Source: Zygnema circumcarinatum SAG 698-1b (taxonomy: Eukaryota > Plantae > Zygnematophyceae). Taken from it: a stretch of DNA of 64,000 nucleotides. How positions within the stretch are numbered: position 1 is the stretch's first letter; each line of letters begins with the position of its first letter. Below are positions 46,513 to 59,219 of the stretch, in pieces. The notes beneath the pieces were generated by a model. That model did no database searches. It was not told where the DNA came from and saw nothing but the letters and a program-made list of their open reading frames with translations. A program made the translations under genes and the position numbers. The DNA is taken from NCBI GenBank assembly GCA_037447605.1, contig CM074814.1, positions 2,356,001 through 2,420,000 on the forward strand, in the 5' to 3' direction.

Positions 46513-47905
46513 GGCGGAAAACCCGAGTTTGAGTTTGCAGGTTTGCAAACCCAAAGCCGTGGGCTCACGTCCCTCTCTCGACTCCGGAATCCAACAAAAG
46601 TCATTTTGGGTCAAACATCCTTTTCCATTTTGGACCAAAACCTTCCAATGGAAACCTATCACGTGTACATTATGCCACGTGGCACATTGCCGTTGGAGGT
46701 GTGTTCGTCACGTCATCGCAACACGTTTCCTGTTCTCGTTGCTTTGACTTTCATTCCTGCCACGTGGCATTCGTACAGTACCCTACTTCAGAAAACGACA
46801 ATTTGTACTGTACGGATGGGGACACGTAGCAAGCCGTACGATAACGGAATCATGCCACAATTGAGTGAAATTGCGTTGTTCCTGGAAATTTGTAACGCTT
46901 CCCGCTACATACGACGGCCTGCTGACGGCGTCTCCCATGTCATAAATAAATTGTGAATTTGATTTCCAATTTTTTTCTTGAATGAGAACCCACCCCGGTT
47001 TGATGACGTCATGCCACGCAATCAAGTTTGCAACCAGCGCTGGGCGCCACCCAGTGGGGGGCCTCCAGTTTCCAAATCGCCGGAGAGGCCGGGAGGGGGT
47101 CGATGACAGGAAGGTGGACTTGGACTTATCCAAGGAGAACACGCCACCTTTAGGAGAAAAAAAAAACAAAAAAAGGGGGGAGGAAAAGGAAATGCTTTCT
47201 TGAATGCCTCCAGGCACATGACAGTAGGTGAAATCTCTTATGCATTTTTATTTATTTATTTACAATTTTAAGAGTAGTTGCAGCCCAGTTCTTAAACTGG
47301 ATTCATACGTTCACAACAAGAAGGCTTTCAGTTGAAATCTCGGAAACGTGCGCGCAGGGACACGTCTGACTCGTACGAGAACCGTCAGATAACTTTTTTT
47401 TATTTTTATTTTAAAATTTTGATTACATTAAAGGGACCCTAAGTTACAATCGCCGAATTTCTACCCCATGGCCATTGCTTGGCTTGTCAAGTAGCGACGT
47501 GCATTCTTGGTACAAAAAAAAAATCAAAAAGGAAGATTAAGAGAAATAGCAACAAGGGATTCCACAGAAAGACACGCCATCGATACATGTTTAACATGGA
47601 CATCTTCGAATTTAAACTAAGTCCTTTGTCTGGGGGTAATTTTTGCTTAAAGTGAAGATCTTACAGGCCCAGAAACTAGCCTCATTATTGAACAGATCTA
47701 AAAAATGGACATAACAACCCTAACTACTCGCCTTTACAATATGTACAACCCTAAATCTACTTCCTCCCTCGCACATCCCACCTCCCTCGTCTCTCTCCCC
47801 CACACTGTCTCCTCCTTCACTGCAACTGCGCATGCTCCTCCCTCCCACTCTCCCACACCTCCCTCCCCTCTCCCTCTCCCTCTCCCTCTCCCTCTNNNNN
47901 NNNNN

Positions 47906-49681
47906 CCCTCTCCCTCTCCCTCTCCCTCTCCCTCTCCCTCTCCCTCTCACTCCCATCCCACTCCCTCCCCCCCCCTCCCACTCCCCTCCATTTCCGCTCC
48001 ATCCAACAGCGCCTTCCTCTTCTGCAGCTGCTTCTCACAGAGCTGCACCAACTGGTCAGCCAACGGAGGGATGGAGGGATACCGGTTTGCGCAGTAGATG
48101 TGAGCGTTAATGGAGATTTGGCGCACGTCCCGGAGGAACTCCTGCCTTGAGCGGTACATCCCCTCGTGGTTTCTTTCGTGCACGAGGGAGAGGCACATGG
48201 GGTTGGAGACCATGGCGTAGTAGTCGGGGTAGTCGGAGCCGCTCACAGGATGAAGGAACATGTAGTTCAATTTGGTGGCACGGAACAGCTCGGCGATGAC
48301 CAGCCCAAGCTGCTTTCTGAGGGCCTGAAGAGAGGGAGAGAGGGCGGGGGGGAAAGGGAGGGGAGGTTGGGAGTGGGGAAGTGTGAGAGAGAGAGGAGGA
48401 GAGGCAAGGCAAGAGAAAGCGTGGAGAGAGGAGGCCTAGAAAGGAGAGGAAAGGAGAGAAGGGAGGGGGGGGGGTTGTGGGTGGTCGGGAGGGGAGGGTG
48501 AACGGGGGAAGGGAGGGAGAGAGGGAGGGGGGGGAGAGAGGATGGGAGGGAGGTAGAAAGATAGGAAAGGAGTGGAGAAGACACCTAATGCTAAACAGCT
48601 AGACAGGTAATGGACAGGAAGGGAATGAAAAAAGAAAAAAAGGGGGAAGGAAATTCGGGAAACTCCCCACTTCCCTCTCCCACCTCCCCCCCTCCCTCCT
48701 CTCCCCCTCTCCCCCTTACCAGATTTATCATTGGCTTAATATCAGAGGCCGGTGGTTTTGTGTCGGAGTTCTCGAAATCAGAAATGGCGCCGTGAGGTCG
48801 CTTCACTCCATGCTGCCTTCCAGCCCTTTCGTCTTCTCTCTCACTCTTCACTCTCACTTCCTTCCCTCTCTCCTTCTGTCTCTCCCCATTCATCTCGGTC
48901 TCCAACTTCCCCTCTCTCGCCCCCTCCTCCCCTGCCCTCCTCTCCATCTCTCTATCCTTCTTGCTTGCACCTTGTCTCACCTGCTTCGCAACCGCCTCTC
49001 TCTCTCCACCTTTTAACGTGTGCGCTTCTCCCCCCTCTCTCCTTTTTTCCTCCCACTCTCTCTCCTGCTGCGAGCCCATGCTACCGAGAGGTTTAATCTT
49101 CAGTTTGAGCTTCAATCCTGTCCCTCTCTCCATCGCTGCTCTGTTCTTCTCACCGTCATTTTCAAAACTACCTCCCTCTCCTCTCTCAGCTCCCTTCTCA
49201 CTCCAAGGAGGCATATCCGACTTCCTCTTCTTCTTCTTTGGCTCGCCTTCTGCATCTCTCTCTTTAACTTTCTGCTCCCTCCCTATCCCATACGGCAGCG
49301 CGACCTCTTTCCCTGCTAATGAATCCCCTCCTCCCCCTCTCTCCCCCCTTTGCCTCTCCTCCTCTCTCTCCAACTCTCCCACATATCCCTCTCGTTCATT
49401 CCGTTTCTTCTCCTTTCCTTTATGCTTCCTATCCAGGCCATCACGTTCTCCCTGTAAAGTCTTGAAAGTTAGAGTTTCTCTTCCTCTAACTCGTTGACCT
49501 TCCTCTTCCCCTCCTTCTCCCGCTACGCCTTCCTCAAAAATCCCTCGATGAACTTTGATTCTGTTGTGACCAATTGCATCATTTTGTTTACTTTGCATTT
49601 CCTCTCCTTCTCTGCTCCCACTCCTCTCGCCCCTCTCCTCTGTGCTAAGAGCTCCCGCTACTTGTTTCTCATTATGGCTCG
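47906..49681. repeat. Near-exact duplicate of 49692-51464 (TAF1 3' end), bounded by 10-N gaps; probable assembly artefact
   Basis: Both copies start at the same base immediately after a 10-N gap. The only difference noticed is 3 C in a homopolymer. Confidence 0.85.
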
Positions 49682-49732
49682 NNNNNNNNNNCCCTCTCCC
49701 TCTCCCTCTCCCTCTCCCTCTCCCTCTCCCTC

Positions 49733-52700
49733 TCACTCCCATCCCACTCCCTCCCCCCTCCCACTCCCCTCCATTTCCGCTCCATCCAACAGCGCCTTCC
49801 TCTTCTGCAGCTGCTTCTCACAGAGCTGCACCAACTGGTCAGCCAACGGAGGGATGGAGGGATACCGGTTTGCGCAGTAGATGTGAGCGTTAATGGAGAT
49901 TTGGCGCACGTCCCGGAGGAACTCCTGCCTTGAGCGGTACATCCCCTCGTGGTTTCTTTCGTGCACGAGGGAGAGGCACATGGGGTTGGAGACCATGGCG
50001 TAGTAGTCGGGGTAGTCGGAGCCGCTCACAGGATGAAGGAACATGTAGTTCAATTTGGTGGCACGGAACAGCTCGGCGATGACCAGCCCAAGCTGCTTTC
50101 TGAGGGCCTGAAGAGAGGGAGAGAGGGCGGGGGGGAAAGGGAGGGGAGGTTGGGAGTGGGGAAGTGTGAGAGAGAGAGGAGGAGAGGCAAGGCAAGAGAA
50201 AGCGTGGAGAGAGGAGGCCTAGAAAGGAGAGGAAAGGAGAGAAGGGAGGGGGGGGGGTTGTGGGTGGTCGGGAGGGGAGGGTGAACGGGGGAAGGGAGGG
50301 AGAGAGGGAGGGGGGGGAGAGAGGATGGGAGGGAGGTAGAAAGATAGGAAAGGAGTGGAGAAGACACCTAATGCTAAACAGCTAGACAGGTAATGGACAG
50401 GAAGGGAATGAAAAAAGAAAAAAAGGGGGAAGGAAATTCGGGAAACTCCCCACTTCCCTCTCCCACCTCCCCCCCTCCCTCCTCTCCCCCTCTCCCCCTT
50501 ACCAGATTTATCATTGGCTTAATATCAGAGGCCGGTGGTTTTGTGTCGGAGTTCTCGAAATCAGAAATGGCGCCGTGAGGTCGCTTCACTCCATGCTGCC
50601 TTCCAGCCCTTTCGTCTTCTCTCTCACTCTTCACTCTCACTTCCTTCCCTCTCTCCTTCTGTCTCTCCCCATTCATCTCGGTCTCCAACTTCCCCTCTCT
50701 CGCCCCCTCCTCCCCTGCCCTCCTCTCCATCTCTCTATCCTTCTTGCTTGCACCTTGTCTCACCTGCTTCGCAACCGCCTCTCTCTCTCCACCTTTTAAC
50801 GTGTGCGCTTCTCCCCCCTCTCTCCTTTTTTCCTCCCACTCTCTCTCCTGCTGCGAGCCCATGCTACCGAGAGGTTTAATCTTCAGTTTGAGCTTCAATC
50901 CTGTCCCTCTCTCCATCGCTGCTCTGTTCTTCTCACCGTCATTTTCAAAACTACCTCCCTCTCCTCTCTCAGCTCCCTTCTCACTCCAAGGAGGCATATC
51001 CGACTTCCTCTTCTTCTTCTTTGGCTCGCCTTCTGCATCTCTCTCTTTAACTTTCTGCTCCCTCCCTATCCCATACGGCAGCGCGACCTCTTTCCCTGCT
51101 AATGAATCCCCTCCTCCCCCTCTCTCCCCCCTTTGCCTCTCCTCCTCTCTCTCCAACTCTCCCACATATCCCTCTCGTTCATTCCGTTTCTTCTCCTTTC
51201 CTTTATGCTTCCTATCCAGGCCATCACGTTCTCCCTGTAAAGTCTTGAAAGTTAGAGTTTCTCTTCCTCTAACTCGTTGACCTTCCTCTTCCCCTCCTTC
51301 TCCCGCTACGCCTTCCTCAAAAATCCCTCGATGAACTTTGATTCTGTTGTGACCAATTGCATCATTTTGTTTACTTTGCATTTCCTCTCCTTCTCTGCTC
51401 CCACTCCTCTCGCCCCTCTCCTCTGTGCTAAGAGCTCCCGCTACTTGTTTCTCATTATGGCTCGTCGCCATCCTCTCCCTCTCTTTCCTTGCCCTTGCCC
51501 TTGCCCTTTTCGCTTCTCTCTCCATTCGTTCTATCCGCTTTTTTGCCTCTTTATCGGCCTCCTTTTTTGCACGCCTTTCCGCCTCCCGTCTGATCTCCTC
51601 CCTTTCTGCTTCAGCATCTTTCTCCCCTTTCCTTACCATTTCCTCCTCCCTCATCCTCTCTTTCTCTCTCTCCCTCTCACTCTCCTTCTTCCTCTCTTTT
51701 TCCCTCTCCCTCTCCCGCTCCCTTTCCCTCTCCCTATCTTCTCTCACCTGTCGCTCTTCCCTCTCTCTCGCCTTCTCCTTTTCCCTCGCCATCTCTTCCC
51801 GTTCCCTTTCTATCTCGTCAAGTTCTCGCTTCACTTCTGCTTCCAACCTTGCTTTCTTTTCCGCGAGCGCTCTCTCCCACTCCTCCCTTTCTCTCCTCTC
51901 ATCCCAGCCAGCTCTCTCCCGCACATCATTGGACCTCCATTTCTCCTTCACTCCCCCTCCTCTTTCTTCCTCCCGCTCTCCCACCCCCATCTCCAATCCA
52001 TTCAATCTTCCCTCCACCATCATCCCCTCTCTTCTCCCCCCATTCTCAACCCACACCCCTCCCTCGCTCTCCTCAACTCCATCCTCCCTCTCTCTCCCCC
52101 TATCCTGCTGCTTCCCCATTCGCAACGGCAACTTTGCCTTTGGCAATAGTGGGCGGCTTCTCCTTCCTTTTGGAGTAGCTCTAATCGTTTGACTCCAATC
52201 CAAGCCCATCCCTCCCACAGCCACTCCCTCATCAACCTCCTCCACTCCCTTCCTCTCTCTGCCACCTTCTCCTGCTTCCTCTCCCTCTCCCTCGCCTCCT
52301 TCCTCGCTCTCCCTGTCCCCTCCGACCCCCCCTCCTTCCGCCCCCTGCTTCCATGACAGTTTGACCTTTAGCGAAAGCGAGGGTGAGGGAGAGGGAGAGA
52401 GAGAGGGAGAGGGCAGAGTGGGAGGAGTGGGAGGGGCGTGTAGTCTGATCTTCACTTTTGTTCCGTCCCTCTCTAACAGCCCCTTTGCCTCCGCTCCGTC
52501 CTGATGAATTGCATTCCCCTCCGAATCCTCCATATAGAGAGGACACATCTTTCGGTTGGTGCGCATGTGACCTTCCTGGAAGGTTCCTCGCACTCACACA
52601 CATAAGGAACTTTCAGAAAGACTGCTAGGTCGGAAAACGCAAAAGCAAAACCAAAATGTAAAAAGCAAAAAAAAAAAATATAGGAAAAAACTGTTACGCC

Positions 52701-53633
52701 TCGACCGCATGACAAAGAAGGTTTTCAAAACAAAAATAAATGAATAAATAACTACCCTAACGGTTGCGTTTTTACACATGTCTCTTAACACTCACACGAC
52801 TTCAAGTGGCATATGAAAGCTCTTAAAAAACCCAAGAAAAGCTTTAATAGCCCCAATTATGGTACAAAAGTCTGAAAATCCACCGAAGACCCAAAAATGC
52901 CTCGTAATGAAGCACAAAATTCCTTTGATCTGATGAGAGAAATAGGCCCGTGAGAGACTTTGTGGCAAAAAGGACAGAATGGGACCTTCCAATAAACCTG
53001 CTATTGTGGCATTTGGATTTCAGGTTTGTCAAGTTCGCACTGCTTCGAATCTCTCCCATCCCTCCCACCCTCTCTCTCGTTTTAAAAGTTTCAAAGTACG
53101 AGCAATACCTGTCCACATGCTCCACAAATGACAGCAGTCTTCCGGTTCCCAAACTTCCCCTCCCCTTCCTGCACAAACACATGAAAAACGTATCACTACC
53201 ACTACTACCTCTCCCTCTCCCAATCCCTCATCCTTCTTCATCCTCACCCTCTCCCTTCCCTGTCTCCTCTTCCTCCCTCCCCTACGTGCACCCGATACGA
53301 GTCGCTAGACTCCACAACTTCTGTACAGAGGTAGCTGCATTCACAAGCGGATGAAAAAAATTCACCTTGAAAACTCCCGACTTTGGTGGCTTCAGAGTTT
53401 TGACAAGAAGTTTTGGCTTCTTCCTTGCGGCATCTGCCTCCCTCTCTGCGGGCCCTTCCTTTCGTTTCCCTTTGGGGGGAGTTTTCCCTAAGGGAGGCAC
53501 CCCTCCGGAAGGGCCCCCCTGCTTGGCCGCTTTGTTTGCTAAAATAGCCGCTACCTGAGATTAAATAGGGAGAGTGAGAGCGAGAGCGAGACACAAAGAG
53601 AGAGAGAGAGAAAGAGAGAGCGAGAGGGAGAGA

Positions 53634-53676
<43 letters not shown>

Positions 53677-56600
53677 AGAGGGAGAGAGAGAGGGGTTAGA
53701 AAGAGTAGTGGGTAGATGGTCGATATGAGCTTTTTGGGTCTTCACGACTTGTCAAAGTTTCAGATTATTAGGATTTTTAGACAAAACAGGGAATTTAGGG
53801 TTTGGGTGTATCGCTCTATCGGCAACTTAGTTTCGGTTATAGCAATAAGATTTCCGTGTTCCGTGCCCTCAGTTACAGAACACCGTTGGTTCCATCCATC
53901 AGTTGCAGTTCCAATGAGTTCTGAAATTTCAGACGAATTTCAACAACATCCAAAGCATGCAAAAAAGCTTGCCACCCAAAAATTTTGTAAGTCAATTAAG
54001 CCTATATCGACCCCCACATCTTTGAATACCGTAGCAAACCTAGAAACCATAAACACATGAATACTTTCAAACTATTTGTACAACTATTTGTGAATGCAAA
54101 CTAACCTCCTTGGGATCGTTGATGATGACTTCTTTCACAGTCACTGTCCCATCATCATGCCGAGTTCTAATCACCTTCTTCCACACTTTCTTCATCTTTT
54201 TCCCTGCTGCCGGAGCTCTCCCTCCCTCCTCCCCTACCTGACCCCCTCTCTATTTCTTGTTAGACTCATATAAGAGCAAAAGAATAAGCAAAGGATGTAA
54301 ACACAAACTTTTAAGGGTTTGAGAAGAATAACCTGAAGGTTAAGAAAAGGCAAGGCATGCATATGGAGCAATGTATGTTATTTGGGATAAAGTATTTGTT
54401 TTCAGAGTTCTTAAGCTTCCTCAGAGTTTGTGGTTTCAGGGTTTGCAGGATTTAGGGTTCTATGTGAAGATGTTAACCACCTGAGGGCTCTTGTTAGCAC
54501 TGCCCTTTTGAGAAGTGGCAGCCTCTCCTTTGCTCTCATTCCCTCCCCATTTGCCGTTCTCAGCCTCTCCCTTCTTCTTTTTCTGCGGAGCTTTTGTCTC
54601 CTCATCTGCATTCACAACAAACACAGCTTCAGTGCTTCATGAGGTCCGTCATTCCGACTCTCCTTTCCCCTCCCCACTCTTTCTCTCCCTCTCCCTTTCC
54701 CTCTCTCTCTCTCTCTTCCTTTTACTCTCAGCCTTCCATTCCTTACAAACAGTCACCAGAACAAATTTCCAACTTCAACTCAAATGTAAACGAGAGCCAA
54801 TAACTCCCCAGCCCCCAAAACCACTAAAACCCTCTCCCTCCTCTCCCCCCCCCACCAAAAGCTTATAACTGAGCCTCCCCACCATCCAAAAGCAGTTTCC
54901 TCAATTCCGCTGCCTCCGCCTCCTCATCCTCCATCTCCTGCTCCTTCTGCGCCTGCAAAGTCCGCCTACTCCTCGCCCCTCCCTCCCTCTTCCTCTCTCT
55001 CTCCAGCCCCTCTACCTCCTCCTCCTCCGCCGCCTCTGCCTCCAACAGATTCTCCAAGTCTCCTGCGAACGAGTCTAAGTCCCCCTCCTCCTCTCCATCC
55101 GAAACCTCTCCCAACCCTGCCCCCAAACTTCGGGCTTGTCTCTCCCATATCTCCTGACACTTGTCCTTTGTCTGCTGTTGTAGTTGCATGAGAGACATCC
55201 TTTGCCCTCTCGCGAATTTGTAAAGGGTTGCTCCTCTCACAGTGCTCCCTCCCGCAGCGTGTTCGCTGGAGAGTTTTCGGACCATGGCGATGCGATGCCA
55301 ACGAGTGAGCTTGCTGATCTGATCTTCCGAGACGCGGAACTTGAGGAGAACCTGGAGAGTGAGAGAGAGAGAGAGAGAGAGGCACGGGGGAGGAGTGAGG
55401 AGGGAGGGAGGAAGGGAGCGCGAGAGGGAGGGAGGGGGACAACAGCAGAAAGGGGGGGTAAAAAGGAGAGGGACGGAAAGACGAGTAGGGGAAAGAAAAG
55501 AGGTAGCAAAGAGGAGGGAGGGAGGGAGGGGAGAGGAGAAAGACGAGGGATGGGTAGCAAGAGAGGAGGGAAAGGAGGGAAGGGTCGAAGGACAGAAGGA
55601 GAGTGAGGAGGGCAGAGCCGGGAAGTGTGGGAGAGAGGGGAACCCCAGTTACACCCGAACATTTCTCTCATTCCCTCCCTCCCTTGCTCCCTTAGCTGCN
55701 NNNNNNNNNCCATCAGTTGCAGTTCCAATGAGTTCTGAAATTTCAGACGAATTTCAACAACATCCAAAGCATGCAAAAAAGCTTGCCACCCAAAAATTTT
55801 GTAAGTCAATTAAGCCTATATCGACCCCCACATCTTTGAATACCGTAGCAAACCTAGAAACCATAAACACATGAATACTTTCAAACTATTTGTACAACTA
55901 TTTGTGAATGCAAACTAACCTCCTTGGGATCGTTGATGATGACTTCTTTCACAGTCACTGTCCCATCATCATGCCGAGTTCTAATCACCTTCTTCCACAC
56001 TTTCTTCATCTTTTTCCCTGCTGCCGGAGCTCTCCCTCCCTCCTCCCCTACCTGACCCCCTCTCTATTTCTTGTTAGACTCATATAAGAGCAAAAGAATA
56101 AGCAAAGGATGTAAACACAAACTTTTAAGGGTTTGAGAAGAATAACCTGAAGGTTAAGAAAAGGCAAGGCATGCATATGGAGCAATGTATGTTATTTGGG
56201 ATAAAGTATTTGTTTTCAGAGTTCTTAAGCTTCCTCAGAGTTTGTGGTTTCAGGGTTTGCAGGATTTAGGGTTCTATGTGAAGATGTTAACCACCTGAGG
56301 GCTCTTGTTAGCACTGCCCTTTTGAGAAGTGGCAGCCTCTCCTTTGCTCTCATTCCCTCCCCATTTGCCGTTCTCAGCCTCTCCCTTCTTCTTTTTCTGC
56401 GGAGCTTTTGTCTCCTCATCTGCATTCACAACAAACACAGCTTCAGTGCTTCATGAGGTCCGTCATTCCGACTCTCCTTTCCCCTCCCCACTCTTTCTCT
56501 CCCTCTCCCTTTCCCTCTCTCTCTCTCTCTTCCTTTTACTCTCAGCCTTCCATTCCTTACAAACAGTCACCAGAACAAATTTCCAACTTCAACTCAAATG

Positions 56601-57768
56601 TAAACGAGAGCCAATAACTCCCCAGCCCCCAAAACCACTAAAACCCTCTCCCTCCTCTCCCCCCCCCACCAAAAGCTTATAACTGAGCCTCCCCACCATC
56701 CAAAAGCAGTTTCCTCAATTCCGCTGCCTCCGCCTCCTCATCCTCCATCTCCTGCTCCTTCTGCGCCTGCAAAGTCCGCCTACTCCTCGCCCCTCCCTCC
56801 CTCTTCCTCTCTCTCTCCAGCCCCTCTACCTCCTCCTCCTCCGCCGCCTCTGCCTCCAACAGATTCTCCAAGTCTCCTGCGAACGAGTCTAAGTCCCCCT
56901 CCTCCTCTCCATCCGAAACCTCTCCCAACCCTGCCCCCAAACTTCGGGCTTGTCTCTCCCATATCTCCTGACACTTGTCCTTTGTCTGCTGTTGTAGTTG
57001 CATGAGAGACATCCTTTGCCCTCTCGCGAATTTGTAAAGGGTTGCTCCTCTCACAGTGCTCCCTCCCGCAGCGTGTTCGCTGGAGAGTTTTCGGACCATG
57101 GCGATGCGATGCCAACGAGTGAGCTTGCTGATCTGATCTTCCGAGACGCGGAACTTGAGGAGAACCTGGAGAGTGAGAGAGAGAGAGAGAGAGAGGCACG
57201 GGGGAGGAGTGAGGAGGGAGGGAGGAAGGGAGCGCGAGAGGGAGGGAGGGGGACAACAGCAGAAAGGGGGGGTAAAAAGGAGAGGGACGGAAAGACGAGT
57301 AGGGGAAAGAAAAGAGGTAGCAAAGAGGAGGGAGGGAGGGAGGGGAGAGGAGAAAGACGAGGGATGGGTAGCAAGAGAGGAGGGAAAGGAGGGAAGGGTC
57401 GAAGGACAGAAGGAGAGTGAGGAGGGCAGAGCCGGGAAGTGTGGGAGAGAGGGGAACCCCAGTTACACCCGAACATTTCTCTCATTCCCTCCCTCCCTTG
57501 CTCCCTTAGCTGCTCTGTCCTCCCAACTTGCACACTTCCCGTACACACTCCCACTCCTACCACTCTCACTCACCTTAACAGCTCTCTCTCTCTCTCTCAA
57601 CTCCTCATTTTCCCTCTTCCCTCCCTCTCCCCTCTCCCCTCTTCCCCCTTTTCGCTTTCTTCCTCCAAACATTCGTATTTCTTTCACCTACCTTTTGCCA
57701 CCCACTCTCTCGCCTCCTTCCAATGACCACACTCACTCGCTCTCATTCCCTCCATCTTTCCCATCTCC

Positions 57769-57806
<38 letters not shown>

Positions 57807-59183
57807 CGCTCTCTGGTTATCTCAACCACCCCACTCCTCCCATTCCTTATAGCCCCCCACCTACCCACTTTTCCATCTCCCTGTCCCACCTCTCTCGCAG
57901 CCTCCATACTCAGCCTGCGTAAGTCCGCATCAGTCCCTGTTACCACCGCAAGCCCTCTCGCAGCAGCNNNNNNNNNNNNNNNNNNNNNNNNNNNNNNNNN
58001 NNNNNNNNNNNNNNNNNNNNNNNNNNNNNNNNNNNNNNNNNNNNNNNNNNNNNNNNNNNNNNNNNNNTGCAGTCCCGCAAGCATGCTCTCATAGCAGCAA
58101 ACTTCCTCAGGGGAAACCATTTGGCGAAGCTCTGCTTCAGACTTGAGACGGAGATTCCGTTTCATTACCCACCACCACTCGCCTCCCTCGCCTTTCTGGA
58201 GGTAGGGAGGGAGAGGTTGGAAGAGGTGAGAGAGGAAGGGGGGGGGAGAGGGGAGGAAGGTTGGGAGGAGGGTGGGGAGGGGAGGAGAGGGTGGGGAGGG
58301 GAGGAGAGGGTGGGGAGGGGAGGAGAGGGTGGGGAGGGGAGGAGAGGGTGGGGAGGGGAGGAGAGGGTGGGGAGCGGAGGGAGGGGTGAGAGAGGAGGAG
58401 GGGGCGAGAGGGGAGGAAATACAAGGATTCTTACATAAAAGATCTGAAAGACTAATTATCACCGAAGCTTCAGAGGAAACAAACATAGAAGTTCGAGTGC
58501 ATCATTGCATCATTACAAACCATACGTGTACCACTTTTTAATCTCTCAAACTCTTAAAATTCTAAAACTCCAACTAACCCGAAAAGGCTTTAACTTCCGG
58601 GCGCCCACATTGCACACCTATTGCAAAAATTCTACGCTTTTCATGACTTTTTGATGAGGGAATCCACTGGCCATACCTGTAATTCTGCAAAATTTCTGAG
58701 CCGCTTTCTAACAAAAGTTTCATTTAAACTTGGAAAGTTCGAAGTCACGTCCTCCGCTCGCACACGTGGCAGGTATCCCGGTTTGCTAAAGGACAAAAAC
58801 TCGCGGTTCACATATACGACAAGGCGATTGCCGACATAATTTTGGACACTTTTGGAAGCAGGGGCAAAAGCATCCACGTGGGGCTCCTGCAGTAGAGTTC
58901 AACAAATCTTTGCTTCAGAGCTGTTAGAGTTTCTACACATTTGAGGTCGGCTATAATTTGCGTCACCCATCACCCAAAACTGAGTTCTCTGTTTTCTGCC
59001 AATCGCAAATCACCACCTTGCAACCTTACGGAAGAGCTTTTCTGTTTCCTATCAATCTCAACTAGGTAAATTCATCGATCTCAAATGGATTCTCCAGCCC
59101 ATTAAACACAAAAAAGAAAAAAAAGAAAAAAAACCCCAGAAAACTACAGACAAGGAGACTGATTTTATCCCACTCCTCTCCAC

Positions 59184-59219
<36 letters not shown>

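Noticed and set aside
47947-48330. Second bromodomain suggesting a double-bromodomain TAF1 or a separate gene
   Set aside because: It lies after the stop of the first copy, in a near-identical block bounded by 10-N gaps; most likely an assembly artefact.
51277-52192. Long plus-strand Leu/Ser/Pro/Phe-rich ORFs
   Set aside because: They are antisense shadows of the purine-rich TAF1 exon.
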